Positions 53,277 through 62,597 of a stretch of DNA of 64,000 nucleotides are shown piece after piece (within the stretch, counting starts at the first letter, position 1; each line of letters begins with the position of its first letter). The position numbers were made by a program, and so were the translations under genes. Source of the stretch: Halobacteriovorax sp. (GTDB taxonomy: Bacteria > Bdellovibrionota > Bacteriovoracia > Bacteriovoracales > Bacteriovoracaceae); NCBI GenBank assembly GCA_024686135.1, contig JAIBDQ010000001.1, positions 26,985-90,984 on the forward strand, written 5' to 3'. Under the pieces are notes generated by a model. That model made no database searches and was not told the DNA's origin. It saw only the letters and a program-made list of their open reading frames with translations.

Positions 53277-54531
53277 AACGCTGAGTTTTTTAGGGATACT
53301 CTTACTCGCAGGTTTTGGAGTTCCACTTTTTATTATCATGTCGCTCTTTGCTCTGACCGCTTTTAGTTTTACTGATGTAGAGCTCTCGGCAGTGGCCATT
53401 GAAATCTATAGAATTTCCTCACAGGCCTCAATTTTAACAATCCCACTTTTTACTTTTGCCGGTTATATGATGGCCGAAAGTAAGTCACCACAAAGGCTAT
53501 TAAGGTTTGCAGAAGCTGCCCTCGGTTGGCTTCCTGGTGGTGTCGCCATAGTCTCCCTTGTTATCTGTGCTTTTTTCACCGCATTTACGGGTGCGAGTGG
53601 TGTGACCATTATTGCTCTAGGTGGTTTGCTTTATCCAATACTTAGAAATGAAGACTATTCTGAAAAATTTAGTTTAGGTCTTATTACAACCTCGGGGTCA
53701 TTAGGCCTTCTCTTTCCACCAAGTTTACCCATCATTCTTTATGGTCTTGTGGCAAAAGTGGATATCGATAAATTGTTCCTTGCCGGAATTATCCCAGGGA
53801 TCCTTCTTATTGTTATTCTTTCTGCTTGGTCTATTAAGAATGGAAACCTATCTGCTAGGAAAACAAAGTTTGATGGTGGTGAGTTACTTGCCGCATTCAA
53901 AGGATCGTTTTTAGAATGTCTTCTTCCTGTGGGTGTCTTAGTCGGAATCTACGGCGGTTTTACGACGGCAACCGAAGCCGCAGCACTTACCGCTTTTTAT
54001 ATTTTTGTCATTGAATGTTTTGTTTATAAAGATTTAGATCTTTTTAAAGATATCCCAAATGTAATACTAGATTCGATGAGCTTAGTCGGTGGAATTCTTT
54101 TAATCTTATGTTGCGCTCTTGGACTTACAAACTATTTAGTAGACGAAGAAATTCCAATGCAAATTCTCGATATGATGAGAGAGTTTTTGACGAATAAATA
54201 TAGTTTCTTACTCTTTCTAAATATCTTTTTGTTGATTGTTGGTTCATTGATGGATATTTTCTCTGCTATAATCGTAGTTGTGCCATTGATTACTCCAATC
54301 GCTGAAGAGTTTGGGGTTAACCCAATTCATCTAGCAATAATCTTTTTGACTAACCTAGAGATTGGATATATTACGCCACCTGTCGGAATCAATCTGTTTA
54401 TTTCAAGTTTTAGGTTTAAGAAGCCAGTCACAGAGCTGTATAAAGCTTCTTTTCCTTTTTTGATATTATTGATTATTGCCCTGCTTATTATTACTTATGT
54501 TCCGGCCTTAAGCCTGTACATGGTTGAGTAG
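53269..54531 (+). CDS. dctM: TRAP transporter large permease (DctM type)
   Basis: 420 aa polytopic membrane protein that overlaps dctQ by 8 nt. SD AGAGGAGG. Confidence 0.9.
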   Translation: MFETLSFLGILLLAGFGVPLFIIMSLFALTAFSFTDVELSAVAIEIYRISSQASILTIPLFTFAGYMMAESKSPQRLLRFAEAALGWLPGGVAIVSLVICAFFTAFTGASGVTIIALGGLLYPILRNEDYSEKFSLGLITTSGSLGLLFPPSLPIILYGLVAKVDIDKLFLAGIIPGILLIVILSAWSIKNGNLSARKTKFDGGELLAAFKGSFLECLLPVGVLVGIYGGFTTATEAAALTAFYIFVIECFVYKDLDLFKDIPNVILDSMSLVGGILLILCCALGLTNYLVDEEIPMQILDMMREFLTNKYSFLLFLNIFLLIVGSLMDIFSAIIVVVPLITPIAEEFGVNPIHLAIIFLTNLEIGYITPPVGINLFISSFRFKKPVTELYKASFPFLILLIIALLIITYVPALSLYMVE

Positions 54532-54567
54532 GAGGAAGTTATAAAAATAATTTTTACCATTCTATTA

Positions 54568-56118
54568 TTGGTAAAATGTTTTACTGCCCATGGAGCTCCA
54601 TCAAGTAACGCTTATTACGATCATGTTTACTTGGGGGAGAAAAATTTTGGGCAGTACTATGGCCCTCTCCATCCAGATTATAGAATAAATAAAAATGATC
54701 GTGATCTAGAGTTCGAAGATGATCTTTTTGTTGATAAATATTTTGATGATCTTATATCTCCAGGCCTCCTGAACTGGAAGTATCGCTGGAGTGAAGAACT
54801 TCCAGCTCAAAGTTTTTGTCCAAATTATTACCTAAGTCAAAATATAGATTATATTCGTTACCTCTACCGCTTGCTTACTATAAGTTATTCTTTCGAAGCG
54901 ATGAAAGACTACAATGTTCTTCTCTATAGATTAGGCATGGATGATTCTAAGTGTTCAATTAAATGGAAGCACAATTTTAAAAGCTGTAAGCCCAAATCAG
55001 TAGAGATGAGAAAGTTTTTACGACGGGCGAAGTATAAATACCTCACGGCAGGTGAGGAAAAAAGATATATCCTACAAACCAAGCAAGATAGAGCTATTTG
55101 GCTAAATAACTTTAGGCGAAATCATAAGGATTATAAAAAAGTTGGAATTACAGAGGGGCTCCTTAGCACTATTTGTAGAGATGAAGACAAAAACTGTTCA
55201 TTGCTATCTATGAAAGAGATTGAAGGGCTTATCCATAAATCTTGCGATAGAGAAAAAGCACTTATTCAAAAGATTTGTAATGAAGATGATAACTTATATG
55301 GAATTAGCTACAGCAAGGTTCCTGTAGAGCTCTTGAAGAGTGCTAATACTTTATCCGTAATAAATGGCGGAGGATATGGTGAGCAATGCTTGATGCGGTA
55401 TGCAGATATTTTTAAAGACAGACAGTTTAAGCACGACCATCTGAATAACTTATTCGAAGTTGTAAAAATTAATTTGGCCAAAAGAAAAACGCGCTATTTG
55501 CAAGGGGCTATTTTTCTACCGGGAGCTCTAAAGGAGTTTGACGATAAAGGACTTGGGGATTTTATTTTTGCTGCTCCGACACCAAAACCTACGCCAAAAC
55601 CAACACCAAAGCCAACACTAAGGCCCACTCCAAAACCAACACCAAAGCCGGTTATTGCCACGCCCACACCAACGCCGATGGCAACACCGACTGCAGTGCC
55701 GACACCAGTACCTGTGAAGTATTCACAGTTTGAAGTAGCAAGAAGAGAGAGGTACAACAAAAGTTTGGACGAGGTCGTAGTGAATATGGAACTTTTTAAA
55801 GATGACTTTGTTTTTACTGAGAAGATGTTAGAAGTATTGGAAGACCCTCTTAAGGATTACCAAACAAGACAGGCCCTTCAAGATATGAAGACTTTTGACA
55901 AACTAGGTACGAAGGTTGAACCGGTTCGTTTAACCTTCTTAAAATATTTTATCGATAGAAATAGCCATCAGGGACTTTTTAATATTCAGGCCATAATTGG
56001 AAAAAGCTTTTGGGTTAAAAATGATATTGATAATATCAAAGGGGCTACTTTTGTGGAAATAAGAAATAATAAGTCGACTGGAAATAGATGGACAATAGTT
56101 GTTAAGAGATCCCCTTGA
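54568..56118 (+). CDS. exported Cys-rich protein with Pro/Thr/Lys linker; true start probably ATA 54541
   Basis: 516 aa from TTG. The in-frame upstream codons add KIIFTILLL, completing a signal peptide. Central (TPKP)n linker. No recognised domains. Confidence 0.6.
   Translation: MVKCFTAHGAPSSNAYYDHVYLGEKNFGQYYGPLHPDYRINKNDRDLEFEDDLFVDKYFDDLISPGLLNWKYRWSEELPAQSFCPNYYLSQNIDYIRYLYRLLTISYSFEAMKDYNVLLYRLGMDDSKCSIKWKHNFKSCKPKSVEMRKFLRRAKYKYLTAGEEKRYILQTKQDRAIWLNNFRRNHKDYKKVGITEGLLSTICRDEDKNCSLLSMKEIEGLIHKSCDREKALIQKICNEDDNLYGISYSKVPVELLKSANTLSVINGGGYGEQCLMRYADIFKDRQFKHDHLNNLFEVVKINLAKRKTRYLQGAIFLPGALKEFDDKGLGDFIFAAPTPKPTPKPTPKPTLRPTPKPTPKPVIATPTPTPMATPTAVPTPVPVKYSQFEVARRERYNKSLDEVVVNMELFKDDFVFTEKMLEVLEDPLKDYQTRQALQDMKTFDKLGTKVEPVRLTFLKYFIDRNSHQGLFNIQAIIGKSFWVKNDIDNIKGATFVEIRNNKSTGNRWTIVVKRSP
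55579..55650 (+). repeat. in-frame tandem 12-nt repeat (6 units) encoding (T-P-K-P)n
   Basis: ACACCAAAACCT ACGCCAAAACCA ACACCAAAGCCA ACACTAAGGCCC ACTCCAAAACCA ACACCAAAGCCG. Confidence 0.9.
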
Positions 56119-56162
56119 CTGAAACTAACGGAAGTTAGCGCCAAGGGGATTATAATTAATTC

Positions 56163-56819
56163 TTAGTCGAATTTATTAGCAATTTTCTTAAGTCTTTTCT
56201 TAGTCTTTTTACCCATGTCTAGCATAAGTAAGAAACCGCCGTTCTCTCCATTTGAATCAGAACCAACGAGTGAGATATTACCTGTTCTCGTTTTTCCTGT
56301 GTAGAATCTAGCCGTTACAATTGAACCACCGATATCTAATTTCTTAAGTGGAACAAAGATACCAAAGACACTGTTACCTAAATAGAAGCTCATGTTTTTA
56401 AACTTCTCGATAGTAAAAGCTACTGCTGGTAGTCTTCCGTCAACAACACCCGGAAGTGGACGTCCACCTGGTAAGGCCTGTGGATCAAGTTGATCTAACC
56501 CACCATCAAAAACATCTTTTAGACTGACTGATACGGCCATAAGTGTTCCGTCTGACTGAAGATCAGGAGAAATCTCTAGATAACTATTATTATACTTGGG
56601 GATATTGTATCTTAGTCCTCCGTCGATTTTGATGTTTTCAAATACCATAGAGATGAGAACATTGTCTTGTAATAGAGTTACCTTAGGTCCAATAACTCCA
56701 GGAATTTGGATGTTTTTTGCACTTCCTCCATCTCCACATGAAGTTGAGAAAAGGGCAAAACCTGCAAACATTAAGCTGATTGTGAGAGTTCTTACTCTCG
56801 TTAAAGTTGAATTTTTCAT
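56163..56819 (-). CDS. hypothetical lipoprotein
   Basis: Lipobox ALFSTSCG. Gly-rich beta-type sequence. No recognised domain. Confidence 0.5.
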   Translation of the reverse strand: MKNSTLTRVRTLTISLMFAGFALFSTSCGDGGSAKNIQIPGVIGPKVTLLQDNVLISMVFENIKIDGGLRYNIPKYNNSYLEISPDLQSDGTLMAVSVSLKDVFDGGLDQLDPQALPGGRPLPGVVDGRLPAVAFTIEKFKNMSFYLGNSVFGIFVPLKKLDIGGSIVTARFYTGKTRTGNISLVGSDSNGENGGFLLMLDMGKKTKKRLKKIANKFD

Positions 56820-57106
56820 GGCGCTCTCTCAAAAGAAACGTCGTTTCTTTTGATGAATTGGTTCGGGGTAATTGACGTACAAGTAGAGCGGACGGACAGC
56901 GTAGAACCAAAAAATAATTTTCAAATCCTTTTGATCCCTCAATAAATGAACAATTAAGCTCAGCCATAAAATAGCAGTTTAGATAATGAGGTCAATAACA
57001 GCATCGGATGAATATATTTCCGCTTTAGAAATTGACACAAAATTGACTAAAAACAATTACTTGATTCAATTTCTTCCCTCGGAGAAGTGATTGATTGATT
57101 TTATTT

Positions 57107-57790
57107 TTATGAGTTCATAATTAGCCACGAATAGTTGCCGTTAGTTTGTAAGGTGTGATTATTTATATCTTTCAAAGTGGACTTGTCATTTAGTTTTAGA
57201 TCAATAGCGAATACTTTTGCTCCCGAACTTAAAGCGCTTATTAGTCCATGATCGGAATCCTCAAATATTATAGTTTCGATAGATTTTGTTTTTAATTTCC
57301 TCATGGCGCTTAAGTAACAAGCAGGGCTAGGCTTGGTTTCAAAGACCTCGTCCCTAGTTAAAGTGTAGTCAAATTTCTCTAAAATATTAGCTTTTTTTAA
57401 AAAACTATTAACAGTAATTCTCGCACTTGCTGAAACAATCGAGATCAAAATTTTTGATTCTTTTAAATATTTAATTAATGAGAGGAAGTCTTTTGCAAAA
57501 AGATTTAGGAAGTCTTCCTCCTCATAGTCGTCAACAATCTTTAAAAGAATAGTATCCTTTTGATTGATAAACTCTTCATGAGATATATGTTTATGAAGTT
57601 CAGTTTTGTCTTTATAAACATTGTCATCACCCCATCCTACGTATCTATTCATGATTTCAATTGTCGTCATTTCTATTTGATATTTTGCAAAGACCTCCTG
57701 AATTGCTCGGGCATGTAGCGGTTCACTGTCAAGAATGGTTCCATCCATATCAAAAATCACACTGTTAATGCCTCTAAGAGCTTCGTTCAT
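57107..57790 (-). CDS. HAD-superfamily hydrolase (beta-phosphoglucomutase-like subfamily IA)
   Basis: Motif I VIFDMDGTILDSE, motif II IVSAS, and C-terminal FEDSDHG. Confidence 0.85.
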   Translation of the reverse strand: MNEALRGINSVIFDMDGTILDSEPLHARAIQEVFAKYQIEMTTIEIMNRYVGWGDDNVYKDKTELHKHISHEEFINQKDTILLKIVDDYEEEDFLNLFAKDFLSLIKYLKESKILISIVSASARITVNSFLKKANILEKFDYTLTRDEVFETKPSPACYLSAMRKLKTKSIETIIFEDSDHGLISALSSGAKVFAIDLKLNDKSTLKDINNHTLQTNGNYSWLIMNS

Positions 57791-57872
57791 GTCATTCCTT
57801 TCCTATTCCTGAGAGTTAATCGAAAATGCGATAAAATCGTTCGTAGGGTATCTTAAGCAAAGGAATGCACCC

Positions 57873-58262
57873 TTGAAAGTTTTTTCAATTGTTGACAGCA
57901 AACCTCAAGAAACTTCCATTCGTAAGAATGGAAAAAAGAGTGCGCGCAAAAATAATCGAAAGAATCAGCCTAAGCCGCCGAGAGAAAATGTAACTGCTGA
58001 TCAAATTCGCGCTAAGGTAAATGCCTTCTCAGCAAAAAATATTGAACAAGCGAAGTTGACCAAAGAAAAGCTAGCTCGTTTCAATGCCCAGAAACTTCCA
58101 GATCTAGAAGATGCCGACAAAGCTGCCCATAAAGGTGATGTTGGGGTTAATAACCCTAATGATTTAGCTACCCATGGAAAGTTAAAGCATGTGCTTTCAA
58201 TGAATGCCTTTAGTTTTAGTGATAAAGAAAAGGCTGCCTTAGAAAAGATTCTTAAAGACTGA
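57873..58262 (+). CDS. hypothetical basic protein
   Basis: 129 aa. TTG start 8 nt after AAGGAA. Lys/Arg/Asn-rich N-terminus. Confidence 0.4.
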   Translation: MKVFSIVDSKPQETSIRKNGKKSARKNNRKNQPKPPRENVTADQIRAKVNAFSAKNIEQAKLTKEKLARFNAQKLPDLEDADKAAHKGDVGVNNPNDLATHGKLKHVLSMNAFSFSDKEKAALEKILKD

Positions 58263-59249
58263 TTAGCTTTCGATTCTTCCAAGCATTAATTGAAGCTTTT
58301 TAATAGTATCCTTAACAACGGAATCTAGGTTTCCTTCAATCAAAGTGGCAGCAGAGTGGTCATGACCACCGCCCCCAAGAGCATTGGCCATAATTCCTAC
58401 GTCTATAATTCCAGTAGATCTTAAGCTTACTTTAACCTTGTCTCCGATTTGTCTGAACATACAAGCCACTTTTATATTATCTAATATAAGTAAATGATTA
58501 ACGAATCCATGGGTATCTTCAGGATCAACATTAAACTTACTCAGTGTTTCTTCAGTTAGCTTAAGCCAAGCAATCTTTTTATCTTCTGTGGCCTGAGCTT
58601 TAGATAGAACTGTACCTAACATTTGCATATAAGAGACTTCTTTAGCCCCATAAATTTGATTATAGGCACTAGGGGGTTCAATTCCTGTATCCATCAATTT
58701 TCCGATTAGTCTATGAGTATCCCCGGTGACTGTAGGATATCGAAATGAACTGGTATCAATTAAGATTGATGTATAAAGAGGTAAGGCAAGCTCTTCTGTA
58801 AATTTGACGTTTAAACTTTCAATCAATTTTCCAACTAGTTCACCTGTTGCAGCCATACTTGTATCGATACAGTGAATGGCCATGAGCTCAGGTGCACACG
58901 GGTGGTGATCAATAAAAAGTAAGTTCTTAGACTTTTGGACTAATTCAGAAGGTTTACCAATTCTAGTGAGGGAGTTAGTGTCCGCCACAATGAAAAGGTC
59001 TATCTTGGGGTCCTTATTTTTTTTCTTATACTCTTTAAGGCTTACTATAGTCCCATGAGGATCAAGGTACTTGTATCGCTCAAGAAGAGGTTCTTCATTA
59101 ACACAAATAGCTTCTTTACCAATGCTCCTAAGAGCAAGCGCCAGGGCTATTTGTGATCCAATGCCATCTGCATCAGGATGAGTGTGAGTAGTGATAACAA
59201 TATTCTTTGCTATCTTGGTCAAAGTTTTAAACAATTGGATATGTTCCAT
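58263..59249 (-). CDS. DHH/DHHA1 phosphoesterase (NrnA-like oligoribonuclease / pAp phosphatase)
   Basis: THTHPDADGIGS, VADTN, IDHH and GGGGHDHSAA motifs. Confidence 0.85.
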   Translation of the reverse strand: MEHIQLFKTLTKIAKNIVITTHTHPDADGIGSQIALALALRSIGKEAICVNEEPLLERYKYLDPHGTIVSLKEYKKKNKDPKIDLFIVADTNSLTRIGKPSELVQKSKNLLFIDHHPCAPELMAIHCIDTSMAATGELVGKLIESLNVKFTEELALPLYTSILIDTSSFRYPTVTGDTHRLIGKLMDTGIEPPSAYNQIYGAKEVSYMQMLGTVLSKAQATEDKKIAWLKLTEETLSKFNVDPEDTHGFVNHLLILDNIKVACMFRQIGDKVKVSLRSTGIIDVGIMANALGGGGHDHSAATLIEGNLDSVVKDTIKKLQLMLGRIES

Positions 59250-59397
59250 ATTTGCTTTTCGACGCTTGGGCTTAGGTCTTTAAGAAATTAGGTATTTATT
59301 AAACCCGAGGGAAACGCTCGGCTTTACCTAAGGGTGAATGATTTGGTAGGATTTTGTTTAATTAAATAAGGTTTTGAAAAGGATTTCAAGAGCATCT

Positions 59398-60315
59398 ATG
59401 AGCGAATTAAAAGCTATCGAACTGAGCGAAGTTTCTAAAGTGTATCCGGGAATTACCGCCGTCGATAAAATTAGTTTTAATGTGGGACTAGGTGAGATTC
59501 ATGGTTTCCTAGGACCTAATGGCGCGGGTAAGTCTACGACCATGAGAATGATCACTGGTTTAATCCCTTCAAGCCAAGGACATATTAAAATATTTGGTAA
59601 AGAGATTTCTGAAAATCCGGAGGTTCAAAACCATGTAGGTTTTTTACCAGAGCAACCCCCTCTTTATTTAAATATGAAAGTGATGGACTACTTGAACTTC
59701 GTTCTCGACTTACATCAGTTTAAAGAAACTCGCTTTAGAGATCAGGCCATAGAGAAATGTGGTCTTAAAGATGTTAGTAATCGATTAATAGGTAATTTAT
59801 CTAAAGGCTTTAAGCAAAGAGTTGGAATTGCGGCAACGTTAGTTCATAACCCAAAACTTGTTATCTTAGATGAGCCCACCGTAGGGTTAGACCCAGCAGC
59901 AATAGATGAAATTCGAAATTTAATCATTACTCTCAAAAATGAGCATACAATTTTTCTTTCAACGCACCATCTTCATGAAGTAGAGCTTTTATGTAGTCAT
60001 ATTACAGTGATTAACAAAGGAGAAATCTTACGTAGTGGAACTTTGGAGAAATTAAAAGAAGACTTTATTGCAAGACAGACTATCCATTTAGAGATTCCCA
60101 ATTGGGAGGATAGTTGGGCCCAGAGGCTCAGCTTCTCAAATATTGAAGTAAAAAGGGAAAATAGCGAGATCATTATTTCCACTACTGAAAAAGAAGATAT
60201 TAGACCTGCATTATGTAGAGAGCTTATTGCATCTGGTGCAGACCTTCTTTCGATGAACAAAGAAAAAGCTCACGTGGAAGATATTTTTAGAAGTTTAACG
60301 GAGGGAAGCGAATGA
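59398..60315 (+). CDS. ABC transporter ATP-binding protein (GldA-like)
   Basis: Walker A GPNGAGKST, signature LSKGFKQR, Walker B LVILDEP. ATG 59398 is preferred; TTG 59374 is possible. Confidence 0.9.
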   Translation: MSELKAIELSEVSKVYPGITAVDKISFNVGLGEIHGFLGPNGAGKSTTMRMITGLIPSSQGHIKIFGKEISENPEVQNHVGFLPEQPPLYLNMKVMDYLNFVLDLHQFKETRFRDQAIEKCGLKDVSNRLIGNLSKGFKQRVGIAATLVHNPKLVILDEPTVGLDPAAIDEIRNLIITLKNEHTIFLSTHHLHEVELLCSHITVINKGEILRSGTLEKLKEDFIARQTIHLEIPNWEDSWAQRLSFSNIEVKRENSEIIISTTEKEDIRPALCRELIASGADLLSMNKEKAHVEDIFRSLTEGSE

Positions 60316-61055
60316 GTTCTTTAACAGGCTTTTGGATTCTCTATAAGAAAGAGGTCAAAGATTTCTTTTTCTCTCCAATCCTTTACATCTTAACCGCTCT
60401 TTTTTGCGCCATTATAGGCTGGCTTTTCTTTAATTATTTAGTTTTATCAAAAGAAGCGACAACGGCAACTTTAACCGGAGCTGTTCTTAGCCCTATCTTT
60501 GGCAATATGAACTTCATTTTCTTATTCATGGCTCCACTTTTAACGATGAGATGTTTTGCTGAAGAAAAGAAAATGAATACTCTGGATCTTCTTTTTCACT
60601 CAAGGCTAGGCAATATTCAAATTATTCTTGGTAAACTGTTTGCTAGTTTTACCGCTGCACTTTTTATGCTCTCCTTTACATTGGTCTTTCCCATAGTACT
60701 TGCGATCAGTGGTTATAGTGATTGGCTAACTGTTACCTCTGCCTATTTCGGATTACTTTTAAGTGTTCTTTGTTATCTTGCCGTGGGAATTTTTGCTTCT
60801 AGCTTAACCGAGAACCAGGTAGTGTCGGCCCTCGTTGCCTTTAGTCTTCTTCTTGGTTCTATGTTATTGGTCATGTCAGCAAATGCCAGCCAGAACCCTC
60901 TTGTGGGTCAAATCTTAAGTTATATGTCGATTCCTTTTCATTACGAAGCATTTGTTAGAGGAGCGATTAAATCGTACAGCTTGATATTTTTCTTATCTTT
61001 CTTAAGCTTTTTTACTTTTTTAACTCGTGAATCATTAGAATCTAGAAATTGGTAG
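60312..61055 (+). CDS. ABC-2 type permease (GldF-like)
   Basis: 247 aa with six hydrophobic helices. Overlaps the ATPase gene by 4 nt. Confidence 0.8.
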   Translation: MSSLTGFWILYKKEVKDFFFSPILYILTALFCAIIGWLFFNYLVLSKEATTATLTGAVLSPIFGNMNFIFLFMAPLLTMRCFAEEKKMNTLDLLFHSRLGNIQIILGKLFASFTAALFMLSFTLVFPIVLAISGYSDWLTVTSAYFGLLLSVLCYLAVGIFASSLTENQVVSALVAFSLLLGSMLLVMSANASQNPLVGQILSYMSIPFHYEAFVRGAIKSYSLIFFLSFLSFFTFLTRESLESRNW

Positions 61056-61065
61056 GAGATTAAAT

Positions 61066-62595
61066 TTGAACAACTCGTGGTATAAGTCTCTATTCATTAT
61101 GACCAACGGAATCTTATATTTAGTTTCTATTGCGTTATGGATTTCGTTGCCAGAGTCAATGATTTTAAACCTCAGTGTCGTGACGGTAGCCGTCTTAATG
61201 ACGATGATCTTGTTAATTATTTACCGAAAAGATTTTTATTCTTTTTACACGAGTGGGTTCTTTAGTGGTTTTAGTAAAAGTCTAATTTCAGCAGTTTTAG
61301 TTTTTGGTATTTTAGGATTTTCAAATTACCTCGCTTTTAAGCACCCCGTTCAGTGGGATGTAACTTTAAACAAGAAAAACTCTCTTACGGATCAATCAGC
61401 TAGGATCCTAAAAAGTATTAAAGCAGGACTTAAATTTACGGTTTTTTCTAAACGCTCTGAACAGGGGGCGATTAAAGCCCTTCTCAATTTGTACCGCCTT
61501 GATCGACCAGATATTGATATCTCATTGGTGGATATTGAAATTAAACCAGAACTTGTAAGGCAGTATGGCATAGAGAAATCGGGAACAGTCCTAGTGGAAT
61601 ATGAAGGGCGCTCTCAAAAAGTATTAGCTCTCTCGGAACTGTCCATTACAAATGCTATCATTAGAGTCTCTAGAGAAAAAGACCCCGTTATCTTTTATAG
61701 CACTGGCCATGAAGAGATGAACCTGTCAGATGAAGAAAATGAAGGGGGGAGTTATTTAAAAGAGCTTCTAAAAAAAGGAAGCTACGATATTCGTTCCGTA
61801 AACCTATCAACCTTCAGTCAGCTTCCAAATTTCGTCTCGGCTCTTATGATCTGGGGGCCCAAGCAAGGCTTTCATGAAAGTGAACTGCGAGTAATTGAAA
61901 GTTACTTAAAACGTGGTGGGAGAATTATGGTCGCCCTGGACCCAAGTGTTGATAACGACAAGGTAAGCGGTATTCGTAGTCTTCTTGAAAAATGGGGAGT
62001 TCAGATACAGAACAACTTAGTGGTTGATCGTATAAAACATATTAATGGAAGCAACGGCTCTGTTCCTATGTTAGAAAAATATAATAAAGATCACCCCATT
62101 ACTAAAAACTTTAAGGGGCAGGTCTTCTTTCCTTTAGTTTCCTCTGTTAAAAAAGTTGAAGGTAGTCCAGGAAGACTTTCTGTATTAGCTGAATCCTCTC
62201 CATTTCCTGCTAGTTGGGGCGAGATGAGCTTAAGTGAATTTGTCACTGGGGCAATAACCTATAATCAAGAGAATGATATTAAAGGACCTTTGGGGTTAAT
62301 GGCCGCTTGGGAAGGTGCTGGAACTGCAGCAAGAATGATTTTATCTGGAAACTCAACATTTGTGATTAATACTTATAAGAAGTTTTCAAAGAACTATTCA
62401 CTTTTTTTAAACTCTTTAAGCTGGTTAGTAGACGAAGACCGTTTGATTTCATTTAACCTACCGGTTGTGAGGGATGAGCCCGTTTTTATAAGTGCGCCTC
62501 AGCTTGGTATCATTTTTTACTTCAGTGTTTTATTTGTTCCGCTTGGATTGATCATTGTAGCTGTCATCATTTATAGAAGGAGACTGGTGCTCTAG
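61066..62595 (+). CDS. GldG-like ABC-transporter auxiliary protein
   Basis: N- and C-terminal TM anchors flank a large extracytoplasmic domain. Position and size match GldG-type proteins. TTG start 6 nt after TAGGAGA. Confidence 0.65.
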   Translation: MNNSWYKSLFIMTNGILYLVSIALWISLPESMILNLSVVTVAVLMTMILLIIYRKDFYSFYTSGFFSGFSKSLISAVLVFGILGFSNYLAFKHPVQWDVTLNKKNSLTDQSARILKSIKAGLKFTVFSKRSEQGAIKALLNLYRLDRPDIDISLVDIEIKPELVRQYGIEKSGTVLVEYEGRSQKVLALSELSITNAIIRVSREKDPVIFYSTGHEEMNLSDEENEGGSYLKELLKKGSYDIRSVNLSTFSQLPNFVSALMIWGPKQGFHESELRVIESYLKRGGRIMVALDPSVDNDKVSGIRSLLEKWGVQIQNNLVVDRIKHINGSNGSVPMLEKYNKDHPITKNFKGQVFFPLVSSVKKVEGSPGRLSVLAESSPFPASWGEMSLSEFVTGAITYNQENDIKGPLGLMAAWEGAGTAARMILSGNSTFVINTYKKFSKNYSLFLNSLSWLVDEDRLISFNLPVVRDEPVFISAPQLGIIFYFSVLFVPLGLIIVAVIIYRRRLVL

Positions 62596-62597
62596 TT

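Noticed and set aside
55579-55650. Short tandem repeats as a possible CRISPR or minisatellite locus
   Set aside because: The 12-nt units are contiguous, in frame, and encode a (TPKP)n linker inside a long ORF. There are no spacers.
56596-56967. ORFs 56596-56853 (+) and 56683-56967 (-) around the lipoprotein gene start
   Set aside because: They overlap the lipoprotein ORF and its palindromic leader. They have no SD and implausible composition.
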